Below are positions 12,242-24,572 of a DNA stretch of 64,000 bases, one piece after another. The notes under the pieces were generated by a model. It saw nothing but the letters and a program-made list of their open reading frames with translations, was not told the DNA's origin and did not search any database. Source of the stretch: Psilocybe cubensis (taxonomy: Eukaryota); the NCBI GenBank assembly GCA_017499595.2, contig CM039000.1:1426001-1490000 (forward strand). The letters run 5' to 3'. How positions within the stretch are numbered: the first letter of the stretch is position 1; every line of letters begins with the position of its first letter. A program made the translations under genes and the position numbers.

Positions 12242-13786
12242 TCAAAATCGGCTGACGTCAAAGGAAAGATCGTCGAAGTGGAAAGAGTCGAGGCGCATTT
12301 CGATGCTCGTATCTCCTGGGTCTTCATACGATTGGCGACCAGTTCGAGACGATGACTGGCCACTGGCTTGCTCATGTTTTGCGGTTGTAGAGTGCCGAGA
12401 AGAAATGGTTGATTCGTTCAAGCCATCTAAACTCAAACCTAAGCCTAAATTCAAATCGGCGTTGGTGTCAAATATTGAGTCGAAGTTTCCAAACATCAGT
12501 GGCTCAATCGGTTCCTCCTTGGCTACGAGACGCACCGGGGAGGCTTCGGTGCTTGTGGGGGTCCGCGGTTGCGGACTGGAGACAGTAGATATTGAGGAAG
12601 TTGCGGATGGTGTGCTTGAGTTGGAATGTTGTGTGGGCGTCGCACGCCCTGGTTCATCGTAAGAAGTGGACACTGACTTCAGTGAAGGAGCTGGAGCTGA
12701 GGAGGTGCATGAGGAAGAAGACGAAGAAAAGGAAAAGAGTCTCAATATCGAGAAACTACGACGACGATTAGTCGTCTTGGAACTAATGGTTGTTGGTGTA
12801 GGAGAGGCAGCCCTCAATCTCGATCCATTATGTTGCGTCCCAAGAGTATACAATGAAGTTCGACGAGACAGGGGAACAGAACCAAAGTGACTGCTTTGCG
12901 GTGATGTAGGGGGAGGAGACTGAGACCTCTCAACCTCATCTGACACAGGTGTTTGTTCGTTGAAAGATGAAATTGAGGAACGAGGCTTGATTGAGGGACC
13001 TGTAAATAATTGTGATAAAACCCTAGAGCCCCTACGAGTAATGGTGGGAGTTTTAGGTCGGGGGATGGCCTCTCCTTCTGAAGGTTCAGATTCACGCGTC
13101 TGCTGTGAAGCCCTGGTAGGAACTGCTGGAGGATTGAATATATCCTGCGCTCGGGGTTTGGAGCGCAATGTTCCTCGCAACGATCGGAAGACTTTTGAAG
13201 CACGAGACTTGATGGTACCAGACCGTTTGAATTCGGAGAAAGCCCGGACACTTTGGTCGTCTTTCCTTATTTCTGCAAGGGACTTGCGGCGACTGACCTT
13301 GACAACTTCAATGACATCTGAATCGTCGGCGGGTTCGCGTTCCTGGTCTCTCGAAAGCCCGTGACGGTCATTCTCCTGAATCGAGTTGCTGTCATTGTGC
13401 TCTTCATCCTCTCCCACGTCCATTTCTCCTTCAAACGATGCCTCACTTCCAGAATCATCGCCCTCGTCCCTGTTTCCCAGCAGAGCATCGACAATTGAAA
13501 TAGTTTCGCGATTTCTGCTCGGCATAGGCTCTATCATGGAGCCTCCAGTGAAGACTGATGGTGGAGAATCTCCATTTACCTCAAAAAAGGTACTGTTGTC
13601 TGGAGACTCAGACCGCTCGTCTATCTGGGACAGCTCCGGGTTTTCTGCATGGAAAAAGCACCACGGTGGAGTTTGGTCCTCCTCTGGTGGTACGACGAAG
13701 ACGTTTGGCATGGGCACCGGCACCTTCATAGGCGGCTCTTCGACGGGGATCTGCATTAGTTTTGGTTTTGGGCTAAAGAAGGACAT
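12242..13786 (-). CDS. Hypothetical intronless Ser/Pro-rich protein (514 aa)
   Basis: Long single ORF with disordered composition and an acidic-aromatic C-terminus (MRLDSFHFDDLSFDVSRF). No recognisable globular domain. Confidence 0.7.
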   Translation of the reverse strand: MSFFSPKPKLMQIPVEEPPMKVPVPMPNVFVVPPEEDQTPPWCFFHAENPELSQIDERSESPDNSTFFEVNGDSPPSVFTGGSMIEPMPSRNRETISIVDALLGNRDEGDDSGSEASFEGEMDVGEDEEHNDSNSIQENDRHGLSRDQEREPADDSDVIEVVKVSRRKSLAEIRKDDQSVRAFSEFKRSGTIKSRASKVFRSLRGTLRSKPRAQDIFNPPAVPTRASQQTRESEPSEGEAIPRPKTPTITRRGSRVLSQLFTGPSIKPRSSISSFNEQTPVSDEVERSQSPPPTSPQSSHFGSVPLSRRTSLYTLGTQHNGSRLRAASPTPTTISSKTTNRRRSFSILRLFSFSSSSSSCTSSAPAPSLKSVSTSYDEPGRATPTQHSNSSTPSATSSISTVSSPQPRTPTSTEASPVRLVAKEEPIEPLMFGNFDSIFDTNADLNLGLGLSLDGLNESTISSRHSTTAKHEQASGQSSSRTGRQSYEDPGDTSIEMRLDSFHFDDLSFDVSRF

Positions 13787-14017
13787 TTTGAAGAGAAAGG
13801 AGCGTAGGGGGTGTGGAAAAAAGAATAAAAAAGACTGGCTGAACCCTGGGAGGTTGGTTCAGAGTTGCCAGAGCGAACATTGAACACCGTCAGCCGACTC
13901 GGTCACGTGCGCGCGTTTAATAAAAACGGACAATTTCAAGTAATTGTACGGAATTTCAAATTTATCATTGTCCCTTTTTCTCCTACTATCTCCTACTCAT
14001 TCGTCCTCATCGTCAGG

Positions 14018-15758
14018 ATGACGGCCCTCTACACCCAAATCAATGTTTACAAGGATCAAAATTATCGGAATAAATTGGCCAAGGAAACAGCATCTTTTCA
14101 GGTGGCCTTTCTTGGAACATGCAGCGGTGGTGGTCCAACAGAAACCAGAAATTGTTCTTCTCTTGTGCTCGATATGTTGCAAGATCTAGAGCTCTGGAGT
14201 ACGGATATTTAAACCTTCTTCTTACACAATTAATCAATGTAATGTGATCAGTGGTTGACTGTGCAGAAGGCACTGTTCGCCAATTTGCTTCACAACCAAA
14301 TATTCAAGGCGAAAGTCATCTGAGGCTCAACCGAGTTTCTAAAATTTTTATCACACATATGCATGGTAGGTTTCTGGAATGTTATTTTGCGCGACTAGAG
14401 ATAAACATTGCCCAGCCGATCATATTATGGGGGTGATAACACTCCTACGCAACCTTTTGTATCGTACCAAAGTAATATTATATCCAGGACAGGTCATAAC
14501 CAAAGTAAGTTGTTTGTGAGCACACAACTTCTTATTATAGCTTAGAACTTCTATCCTAGCCTGCTGTTCAGCTATTCGGGCCTGCAGGTCTAAGGACCTT
14601 TGTTCGACAGAATCTTAAATACACACTCACTCGAGCTGCCGACAGGTATTGTGTTCATGAGCTACTGACCGTCCACGACTCTATCACCCCCTGCGATCCC
14701 ATACCTGAAGGGTCTACCTCATTCCATTCTGCAGAGGCCAACATAATGCACAACTCCGAGCTGCCTGGATTAGACATCAGAGCGGGTCCTGACGGTCTCT
14801 GGCGTGCCCTGACGGAGGGGCCAGGCAGAATGAGCAAAATCCTAGTCGACGCCGGACCGATCCTTCATCGGGGTGCGTGAATCTTAATTTATCTCTTGCA
14901 TGCAGCCCGTCTAAATCTGATTGCTAAACCCGCGATCCGCCCCTTTTTCAGATCCATGCATTGGCTATGTTTTTCAGGAAGCCTGGTATCCGTCAAGGAA
15001 GGTCGTCATTCTCGGGGATACGCATAACCCAGAAGCGATGATTCCACTCTGCAGTAATCCAGCACCATCTCTTCTGGTACATGAGGCCACAGATTCTCAT
15101 ATATCACCCACTGCGGATGCAGAAGGAAAGCTCTCCAGACGCTCTGCAGAAAAGGTGCTAGAGACGGCGTTGTCATTGGGTCACTCGACTCCCGAAATGG
15201 CAGGCGCGTTTGCAAAGAGAGTCGGCGCGCAGAAATTGGTCCTTAATCACATCGGTGCAAGGTGATTGATTTAATTTATACGTGCCGCGTGTTTTGGTTA
15301 TTTGCAATCTGTTCTAATTGCATTGCTTTGTTAGATTTCCTGCTCCTCGTAATAATTTAGATCACGATCGTAAGAGGATCATCCGCGATATCACGAAGAA
15401 AGCAAGTATGGCATGGGGGCCTAACAAAGCTGCAGTGGCTGCGGTGGATTTTTTGAGAGTGGAGGTGCCTATAGATCCGAGCCTGAAGGATACCAGAAAC
15501 CAACCAACTACGCGGACAGAGGTCGGAATTGTGAATGACATTGAACCCAACCCCCCCGGTGAAATCCAAGGGGCATCTAGTTTGCGCGATTATCAATTTT
15601 ACGATTCTGAACCAGTCGAATATGTCAATCCTAACGCCGTTGCCAGTACAAGCACGAGCCAAGCGGGTCACATTCAGGTCCAGGATGGAGGTCGAAGTGC
15701 TTTCGTCGCCTATGACCCATCGGGACAAAACAGAAGGAAGAGAAGAAGGAAACACTGA
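14018..15758 (+). CDS. Short-form tRNase Z (ELAC1-like metallo-beta-lactamase ribonuclease)
   Basis: FLGTCSGGGPTETRNCSS (PxKxRN loop); VDCAEGT (motif I); FITHMH|ADH (HxHxDH, split by the intron at about 14366-14414); ILGDT, VHEATD, GHST and LNHIGARF. C-terminal basic NLS-like RRKRRRKH. Confidence 0.85.
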
Positions 15759-16386
15759 ATAGCTGTAAGATTTTCTATCTTTTTCTCTAGATTTTTGTAT
15801 ATATTTTTTGGCATCGAGTTGAATTGTATCCACTTTTTTGTATTTTTGTACATATTACACCACATGAATAATTAATACCCAACACAATCATGAATAGTCT
15901 CGACACACTTGAGGGATTTCATAGAAGAAATCGCAACAGTGGGCCTAAAGGTTATAAACTATTAATATACAGATAATTATATATCAAGAAAAAGCAGCAG
16001 GCAGTATAAGTAGCGATATGTACCCTGAGCTGGGAAGGACGAGGTCGATAGTATACAGCTAAATGTACACACACGTATAAATGATACAGGGCCAAAAGGT
16101 TAGCGTTAAAGTTCGTATTGGGTCGTAAGGTGGTAAAAGAGGGAATGGAAAGGGTATGGAGAGAACCCGTGGACTTGCAACAGTCGCCGAAATAAATAGA
16201 CACATCTCGAGGCGAAACGTACTGTCGGGTTGGGTGCAATTCGCACGGGCGGGGGAGCGTGATGGACAACTTCACCGGGATTCTGGGTTCTGGAAGAAGA
16301 GAGTGGGACGTAAGCAATGGAGGAAAGCGAACAGAAGATAACTCTATAAACGAGCCCGTTCATCAGCGCGAGCATGGGAGTTATTC

Positions 16387-19083
16387 TCATGGTCCAATGG
16401 TCTCCGTTTTCGTAACAGCATTCGCATCCGCGTTCACTTTTGGGATCACTACAGTCTCGACTGTGAGTGTTTTTTTATGCAAGGTAGGACTTTGCGCGCC
16501 GCTGGTCGTTGGCGTTGTCAGGTCTCGGTCGCAGACAGTTTCTTCGATATGGGTTTCGGACGAAAACGTCGTGCTGCCCGCGCGTCGCGACTCCGCCTGA
16601 ACGCCCGTCTCGTCGGACTCGGATTCCTTATATGCGAAGCGAGACCGTTTTCTTATCCACCAGCCATATTTCTGGGTACGTGTGCGTACATGATATCAGT
16701 AAATGAATTATTCCTTCCATGCTCCACAAACGGTGTAATTGACGTACCCAAAACAGCAGCGGGATCGGCATGCACGCTGTGGATAGACACGCGAAGACAC
16801 TCATTGCCCACTGGTCGCCTAACGCATCGAACATTGTCGGACTGAACAAAGGGAACACGGCACCACATGTCGAACGTAGCACGACGGTGGCGGCGATGGC
16901 ACTTGCAAAGTAGACGCCGTAAGCGTCCATTAGGTATGTCGTGAGACTTTGCAAGATTTGCGAGATCCCCGTGCCGAAGGGAATACCTGCGAGGATCGGG
17001 ACAATCCATGGGATTGAAGGCTGCGATGTCCTGTTTTTTTCATACAAGAAGAATAAGAGACTTTAGTTAGTCTATTTCCCACTGCGCCGGTCGAAGATGA
17101 ATGGGTGAAAGGAGGTATTTGGGTGGTTTTTGTGTTGCATTTTTGTAAATGGGTTGGTATTTCTTGACTTACCATGCGAACATCCACAATCCAATTGGAG
17201 TTAGAACGGCGCCTAAAATAGCCATGTGCAAGCGACTGGAAAAACGTGAACAGGTGAGCATTCGCGTAAAGCTGGTGAACGGATCATTAATATAAACATA
17301 CGCTTCTGGTGGTGCTCGTCCGGTCTCGCTCTTGTCCATGCTTCTCCAGTAGATGCGGTTTTGGATGGACTGGGATGCGAGTCCCATTGTGATGCCAAAT
17401 CCGATTCCGAGAAACGCAAGGCCATTTTCACCTGGACTGAAGTGTCGGTGCTCTTGAAAGACAATGGGGAAGCCAGAAAAGAGCGCATAGAGGGTGCCAT
17501 AAACGATGGAGGCGTAGATGGCCAGGAGAAATACGATGGGCTCTGTCACTAAAAATACTTTAGGGGCGGACAACCAGCGGTCAAAATTCAGATAAAAGTA
17601 AACTTGAGTTAGATATATTACATACCGAAGGGTCTGCTAAGGTTGGTGCGCATGACTTGTCCAAAAGATGTTGATTGGTTGAGATCGTACGTTGAGACAT
17701 AATATATTGTTCCGTTCGAAGCTCGGGAAAACTTTTGGGCACGCCATCGCAACAGCACAGGTGCATACTGTGATATCATGAAAAAAAAGCTGCTGTCAGA
17801 CAGAGTTCCTTCGAATGCAATTCCAAGGAGATAAAAGATGGTGATCTGGAATGAGATAAAAACATACAGTTTCTGGTGTCCACAAATAGCCTGCGATGAG
17901 GGTGATGGCAGAGAAGGCGAACATGAGCCAAAAATTGAAGTGCCAGCCGAGGTGGGGGTTCTGGACGACGAATCCCCCTACAATTGGACCAATGACTATG
18001 AGTAGAAAATATAAAAATATCAGAAAAGGCATTCACGAGTTTTAGAGTGCAGTTAATGGACTGTTGACTGCGTACCTGGTCCGAGGAAGGGAACGGCAGA
18101 ATAAATGGCCGATGCGAGACCGCGCTCGCGAAAGTTCCAGACATCGCTGACGGCACCTCCTGCATTGGTGAGAGCTGAGGTACACGAGAGATCAGAAGGA
18201 GTAGTGAAAGAGAAAGATGAACTTTATTTCATGAGAATGACACTCACGAGATGACCCAAAGATTCCCGTTAGCAACCTGCATGAAAGAAGGGTGCCTAAA
18301 TTACGCCCCAGAGCCCCTTCGAGCTGGAAGGCTGTATACAACGACAGTGTCACGAGAAACACGATGCGCTAATGGCAAGTTAAAAGAAAACAGGAGAAGC
18401 TATTAATACACCTGTAACCCAGATGACTTGGAGAAAAACCGAGGACATACCCTGCCGAACATCTACACGCCTCAACAAATTAATTATGGAACAGACATGG
18501 ACATAGATGGAGAGGGGTATGACGGAGTGACACTTACCTCGCCCATGGAAGCAAAAATGAGAGGCCTGCGCATGGATGAATGGGTATTTTGTGCGAATGG
18601 ACGCAGTGAATGATTGGTATATTTGCTTACCCCAGGGCAAACCCCAAGACGTAGAGGGATATACCGAGTATTGCGACGTTGTATGAGATACCCAGATCTT
18701 GCATCGTGTGTTGCAGGCCTCCCGAGTACGAAGAGCTGCTAAAGGACACTGTAAACGTGGACAAAGCGAGCTTTAAAGTTGGGTTAGAGGTAGTGGCGTA
18801 CGGGACCAAAACTAAGGTATACCTGGGCAGTGATAACCCATTTTTTAAATTTAGGCCAATTGTACGGGTCCTCTGGATCATTGAGATCCCACTCGACGAC
18901 ATACGGGTCATCTGCGGTACCACTGCCCAAGTATGTGCGCTCTTCTGCAGGGGGTGGAGAAGATTTCTCTGAAAAAGGGATAGGAGAATCAGTCATGACG
19001 GTGCAAGGCCCAAGAGTTACAGTGGGTGCGTCGATGGAAAGGGAATTGGGAAAGGGAATTGTAGAAGATTTGGCAGGTAGCAT
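16387..19083 (-). CDS. MFS transporter, DHA1 (drug:H+ antiporter) family
   Basis: N-terminal VEWDLNDPEDPYNWPKFKKW; TM segments GISLYVLGFALG, GPIVGGFV, ASAIAATVVLRSTCGAVFPLF; multiple microexons at 18100-18640. The last exon reads KYGWWIRKRSRF...TIGP*, with TGA at 16387-16389. Confidence 0.9.
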
Positions 19084-20011
19084 GGGACTGGGGAAGAGAA
19101 GGCATTGATTTCACGGCAGATTTTATAGAGGATGAAAATAAGGTGCTTGAGATTGCAGGACCATGTTAAATCTTGCATGCACGGACACGAAAGGATATTA
19201 ATATGCCGAGAGCCGGGAGAGGGAGCCCAAAGAGGAAGATTGTGGTGCAGAACATATCGCAGAGCGCCGTTTGCCTCACTGGTACTCTTCGAATCGGCGC
19301 TAGCGGGCAGATACTCAGCTGGTGTTGGTGAGGATGATCGCCAGAGCAAGTGAAGAAGAAAAAAGTTAGAGTGTGTGCCCCTGAAATCAGCAAACAAGTG
19401 ATTGACTGTGAAAAAAAGAAAGGCAGCGAGAAGATCGCCACCTGTGGATTTGCTTTGGATACATAATAGCGCAGGCCTTGTCCTTGTTTCGAGGACGAGA
19501 TCGTTACTACAAGGGCTACAGACTCAATGATGCATCTGACACGTGGAGAGGTTCGACGATGGCTCTTGTGCCGCCGCTGTGTGGCATTTCGCAGGCCAAA
19601 TCGCGGGGATCTGTGATGGCTGTGGGCACTGTGGTTTCCGGGGAGATCTCCACCGTGGACAGCGCGCCAGATCTTTAAGCTTAACGTTGGTTTTTTAACA
19701 TTGAACGAGATGGATGGATGGTGTTGTGGTATATTTGTGACATAGGCTGTCACTTGATCAGTGCGCTCGAGACTCTCCTCCTCCTCCCCGTTCCCAGCCA
19801 ATCCCGTCCACAACATATCCCACCCCAGCCACTCCCCGTCTCTGCTCGTCGTCCGATATCTCCCGAGGCCTGCTTCTACCGCCCCCACTCCAACGCCCCA
19901 GCTTTCCTGCTCGTCCCCGCACCCTTTACGCCCTTCTTCCTCTCTGCACGCTTCTCCATCTGTGTCCACATCAAACGCTCTGTATCACCACCCCGCTGCC
20001 CCATATCTATC

Positions 20012-21670
20012 ATGACAACCCACGGCCCCATCAACGGCGTCAAGGTCTCTCGTGCGTCCACATTTCTCTCTGTTCTACTGTCTCAAACATCTGCTAACCT
20101 GCCTCTAATGTATATCGCATTTTCGATCTCTCTCGCACCCCGCCCTCAATCTGTCCCGCCAACACTTGTTCTGCCATTTTGCTCCTAATCGCATCTAATC
20201 GATACATCTTTCACGCGCTTGCTCGATCTAGCTATTGATGACCCCCACAAAGTCGTCAAAGTTATTGCCTCCGACGGCAAGTCAGGCGAGACCAAAGACC
20301 TCACCTACACAAACTGCAAGGTCGTTGGAAATGGCTCCTTTGGTGTCGTCTTCCAGGCCAAGCTCGTCGGGTCCGCAAAAGATGGTGAGGATATCGCCAT
20401 CAAGAAGGTGTTGCAGGACAAACGCTTCAAGGTGCCGTCTTTTTCTTTTTTCGGATCTACCTATCTGCAGTCTAATTTCGATATCGTCCTAGAATCGCGA
20501 ACTCCAAATAATGAGACTTGTTTCTCATCCTAATGTAGTCGACCTTCGGGCATTTTTCTACTCGAATGGAGACAAGGTGGGTTTTAACCTTTGACGTTAT
20601 CAGTCACTTCTTCTGACAAGCCTGTCTCGCAGAAAGACGAAGTTTACCTCAATCTTGTATTGGAATACGTTCCAGAAACTGTGTACCGAGCCAGTCGTCA
20701 CTATGCAAAACTCAAACAACCAATGCCCATGCTCCAGATCAAATTGTACATGTATCAGCTTCTGCGCTCTCTGGCGTATATCCACTCGGTCGGCATTTGC
20801 CATCGAGACATCAAACCGCAAAACCTGTTGCTTAACCCTGCTACAGGTGTCTTGAAACTTTGCGATTTTGGCTCCGCAAAGATTTTGGTTTCTGGAGAGC
20901 CCAATGTTAGCTATATTTGTTCGAGGTACTACCGTGCCCCCGAGCTCATCTTTGGTGCAACCAACTACACCACCAACATCGGTAAGTTTTGCCGTACCTG
21001 CTTCCTCGACAAAGTCTGATCTCGTAAAATAGACATTTGGTCGACCGGTTGTGTGATGGCAGAGCTCATGCTCGGCCAGCCCCTTTTCCCGGGCGAGAGT
21101 GGAATTGATCAGTTGGTGGAGATCATTAAAGTACTCGGGACACCGTCTCGAGAACAAATCAAGACGATGAACCCAAACTATATGGAGCACAAGTTCCCTC
21201 AAATCAAGCCGCATCCATTCTCAAAAGTGAGTTGCTAAAGGGGATTTGAGACTGCAATTAACAATTTGAACCAACACTTTCGTCATCTAGGTATTCCGGC
21301 CACGCACTGCGCCTGAAGCCATTGACTTGGTGTCAAAGTTGTTGGAGTACACGCCTGGAGCGCGATTGAGTGCAGTCGAGGCGATGATCCACCCCTTCTT
21401 TGACGAACTGAGGAGCGAGGGCGCACGGATGCCAAATGGCAAAGACTTCCCACCTCTGTTCAACTTTACACGCGAAGGTGAGTTAAAATGACGTGTGCGG
21501 GTGACCTTGTGGGCTGACGAAAGGATGGAAACGCAGAGCTTTCGGTGCGACCAGACCTGATCCGGCGGCTCGTGCCACCACATTGTGAAGCAGAGCTGGC
21601 CTCACGGACGATTGTGCTGGATACGTTTGTGCCCATACCACTCGAACAACTGAAGATCACGCTGGACTAA
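20012..21670 (+). CDS. GSK3: Glycogen synthase kinase 3 (GSK3/Rim11-like CMGC kinase)
   Basis: [68 protein letters not shown] and [24 protein letters not shown]; several GT-AG introns; stop TAA 21668-21670. Confidence 0.97.
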
Positions 21671-21943
21671 GTGAGGAGACAATGTTTATTTCTGGCAATA
21701 CTACATGTTCCGCATCGATTTTTGTTACTCCTGTTTCTGTGTTATATATCTTGAATGCAAATGCAATGAAATGTACAAGAATGGGCTAGAATGAGCACGG
21801 AAGACGTAGGAATGCAAAAAAAATGAGAGGTCAGAGTATATTGCCAACCGATGGCGACATGTGGCGTAAATCAAGCGTGAGCTTGGCACACAGACAACCC
21901 GAAATAAATATACCACAAACTCACAAAAAATGACCGGCTTGCT

Positions 21944-24096
21944 ATGGCTCTTCCACAACCACAACAAAAGTCAAACTATGTCTGCGACACTCTCCCCGCT
22001 CCCCGCCTCGCTGGGCCCAACGACTCAGACAAGCCTGACCTCGTCGTCGTCGACGATGATCCCGCCCCCGTCGACAACAGCACCGCCACCGCCGCCCTCC
22101 ACCAACCCCCCGCTCGCAAGCTCTGCTTCCGCCACCAGCGCATGGCAGATGAGGGAACCAATCTGAAGCTCCAGCAGGTGCGTTGTTCTGGTCTTCACAA
22201 AGCGTTCAACCGCTTATGGCTGTCCATGTAGTCGCTCGACGCCCTGCCTCTCGAGGACAGGGAGGCGATCAATGCAGTCTGGTCCAACTTTTCCTCCTCG
22301 TCCCATCCCCGCAGGGCCCTCATTCTCCAGGGTCTCCTCACGATGTGCTGTTTCTCTCAGTTGTCTCTACTTACGGAGCAGCTAGCGCATCTTATCCGCA
22401 TCGATCCCTTTGCGGTCTTACCCCGCGAAGTCAGTCTCAAGATCCTAGGCTATCTCGACGCAACCTCTCTCTGCAGGGCAGCCCAGGTCACGAAGCGGTG
22501 GAAGAGTCTGGCTGACGACAACATCGTCTGGCAGAGCATATGTGAGCAGCACATTGGCCAGAAGTGTCACAAGTGTGGGTGGGGTCTCCCTATCTTGGAG
22601 AAGAAACGTATCTACCGACCAAGGTCAAGGTCGCCTTGTCCCCCGCCTATGCAAGTGGAAGCCTCCTCATCATCATCAGCAGTCCCATCTTCCTCTTCTG
22701 CCCTCAAACGCAGCGCCCCCGACTCCTCCTGTGCTACGTACCCTCCGAATAAGCGTCATCGTTCCGCCAGTCCGTCGTCTGATGAATCACAAGGCGAATC
22801 CAACTCCTATTCCTCTACCCTACTTGCCCCCGACCCGTCAGATTTCCTGCCCCCTTCTATCACGCGACCATGGAAGGACGTATACAGCGAACGAATGACC
22901 ATCGAACGTAATTGGCGCAGAAGCCGGTACACCGTCCGCACACTGAAGGGCCACACAGACGGCGTGATGTGCCTTCAGTTCAACGAGACGCTCTCCCACC
23001 CCGCCTTCCCTGTCCTCATCACCGGATCTTACGATCGTACGGTCCGTGTCTGGAATATGGAGACTGGCCAGGAGCTGCAATGTATGAAGGGCCACACCCG
23101 CGCGATTCGTGCGCTGCAGTTCGACGAGGTGAAGCTTATCACGGGCAGTATGGACTGCTCGATCAAGGTCTGGGACTGGCGCCGCGGCAAGTGCATCAGG
23201 ACGCTCAACGGGCACAGTGAGGGCGTCGTGTGTCTCAACTTTGACACCAACGTGCTCGCGAGCGGGAGCGTCGACTCGACGATCAAGGTCTGGAATCTGC
23301 GCACGGGTGGTGCGTTCACGCTCCGTGGCCACTCTGACTGGGTAAACGCCGTGCAGTTATGGGACTCCAATCCAGGCGCGCGGAACTCCTCGACGGGTGA
23401 ATCTATTTTTGACGTCTCGGGTTCGACATCCCCGATTAGCAGCACGAACACCTCATCCTCCCAGATTGACCCAGGCAAGATGCTCTTCTCCGCTTCTGAC
23501 GACGGCACGATCAAGCTCTGGGATTTGAATCTGCGGACGTGTGTGCGGACCTTTGTTGGTCATGGTGCGCAGGTGCAAAGTATGCGCCTCCTACTTGCTA
23601 ATGAGTGTGATGAGGAGGAGGGCAAGCAGGTCGAGGAGACGGCTGTTGCTGGTAGTCCTAACGCCTCTGGCAGCGCCGATGCAGAAGAGCAGCATCAAGC
23701 GGATGCATTTGTGCCCAAACGCAAGCAGCCGATTCTCATTTCTGGCAGTTTAGACAACACTATCAAGCTGTGGGACATTGAAACCGGTCAAGCTATGCGA
23801 ACCTACTTCGGGCATATCGAGGGTGTGTGGGCGGTTGCAAGCGACAAGATGAGGCTTGTCAGTGGTAGCCACGACCGAACGATCAAGGTTAGTTTCTTTT
23901 CTCTGGTCTTCTTTATTTTATGACGAGCATGTTGAACTAATTTGCTTAATTTTAGGTGTGGTCAAGGGACAAGGAGAGCTGCAATAGCACCTTGATTGGG
24001 CACGAAGCTGCCGTGAGCTGCATCGGCCTTGCCGAAGATAAAATCGTCTCTGGAAGCGATGACTGTACGATCAAAATTTGGAGTTTCGCTGGCTAA
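21944..24096 (+). CDS. MET30: F-box/WD40 protein, Met30/SconB (sulfur regulation SCF receptor) type
   Basis: KLCFRHQRMADE; F-box LPREVSLKILGYLDATSLCRAAQVTKRWK followed by CEQHIGQKCHKCGWGLP, the Met30/SconB signature; multiple GH...WD repeats; introns at about 22179-22230 and 23888-23955. Confidence 0.88.
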
Positions 24097-24572
24097 TTTG
24101 TCTTTCCGTCGTTTATTCCGTCTCATCCCTAATTTCCTCATTCCCTTTCTTATCTTTATTTCTCAAGATGCTGTTTTTTTAGATAACTTTGTGTTTGCAC
24201 TGTACATTATTGACACCTTTGTCTCTATTGCTCTTGTCATTTTTTTACTCCTGTACTTATTTTGCAATATCGCTTCGCTTTCGGTTCGTCTGGTTTGAAA
24301 TCTATAAGTGTTAAAATTGAATCGCAAGCGTAAATAAATATGTCAAACGATTGATTACAATTATACATGTACATGTGTGTGGTATCAATAGCAGCCTGGG
24401 CATATATGTACGATAATGTGGTATAGGATGGTATCATGAATAAATTTCCGAAATGTCACCGAGAGAAGTTATAATAAAGAGAGATAGAAAATATGAATAC
24501 ATACTCTATATAAAGCACGCCTTCACCAGCAGTGATGTAGGAATAAATTAGATGGGCATCATCGCGGCAATG

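Noticed and set aside
19166-20011. 267-aa minus-strand ORF and overlapping plus-strand ORFs between the MFS gene and GSK3
   Set aside because: No domain signal; they overlap the pyrimidine-rich GSK3 promoter/5' UTR.
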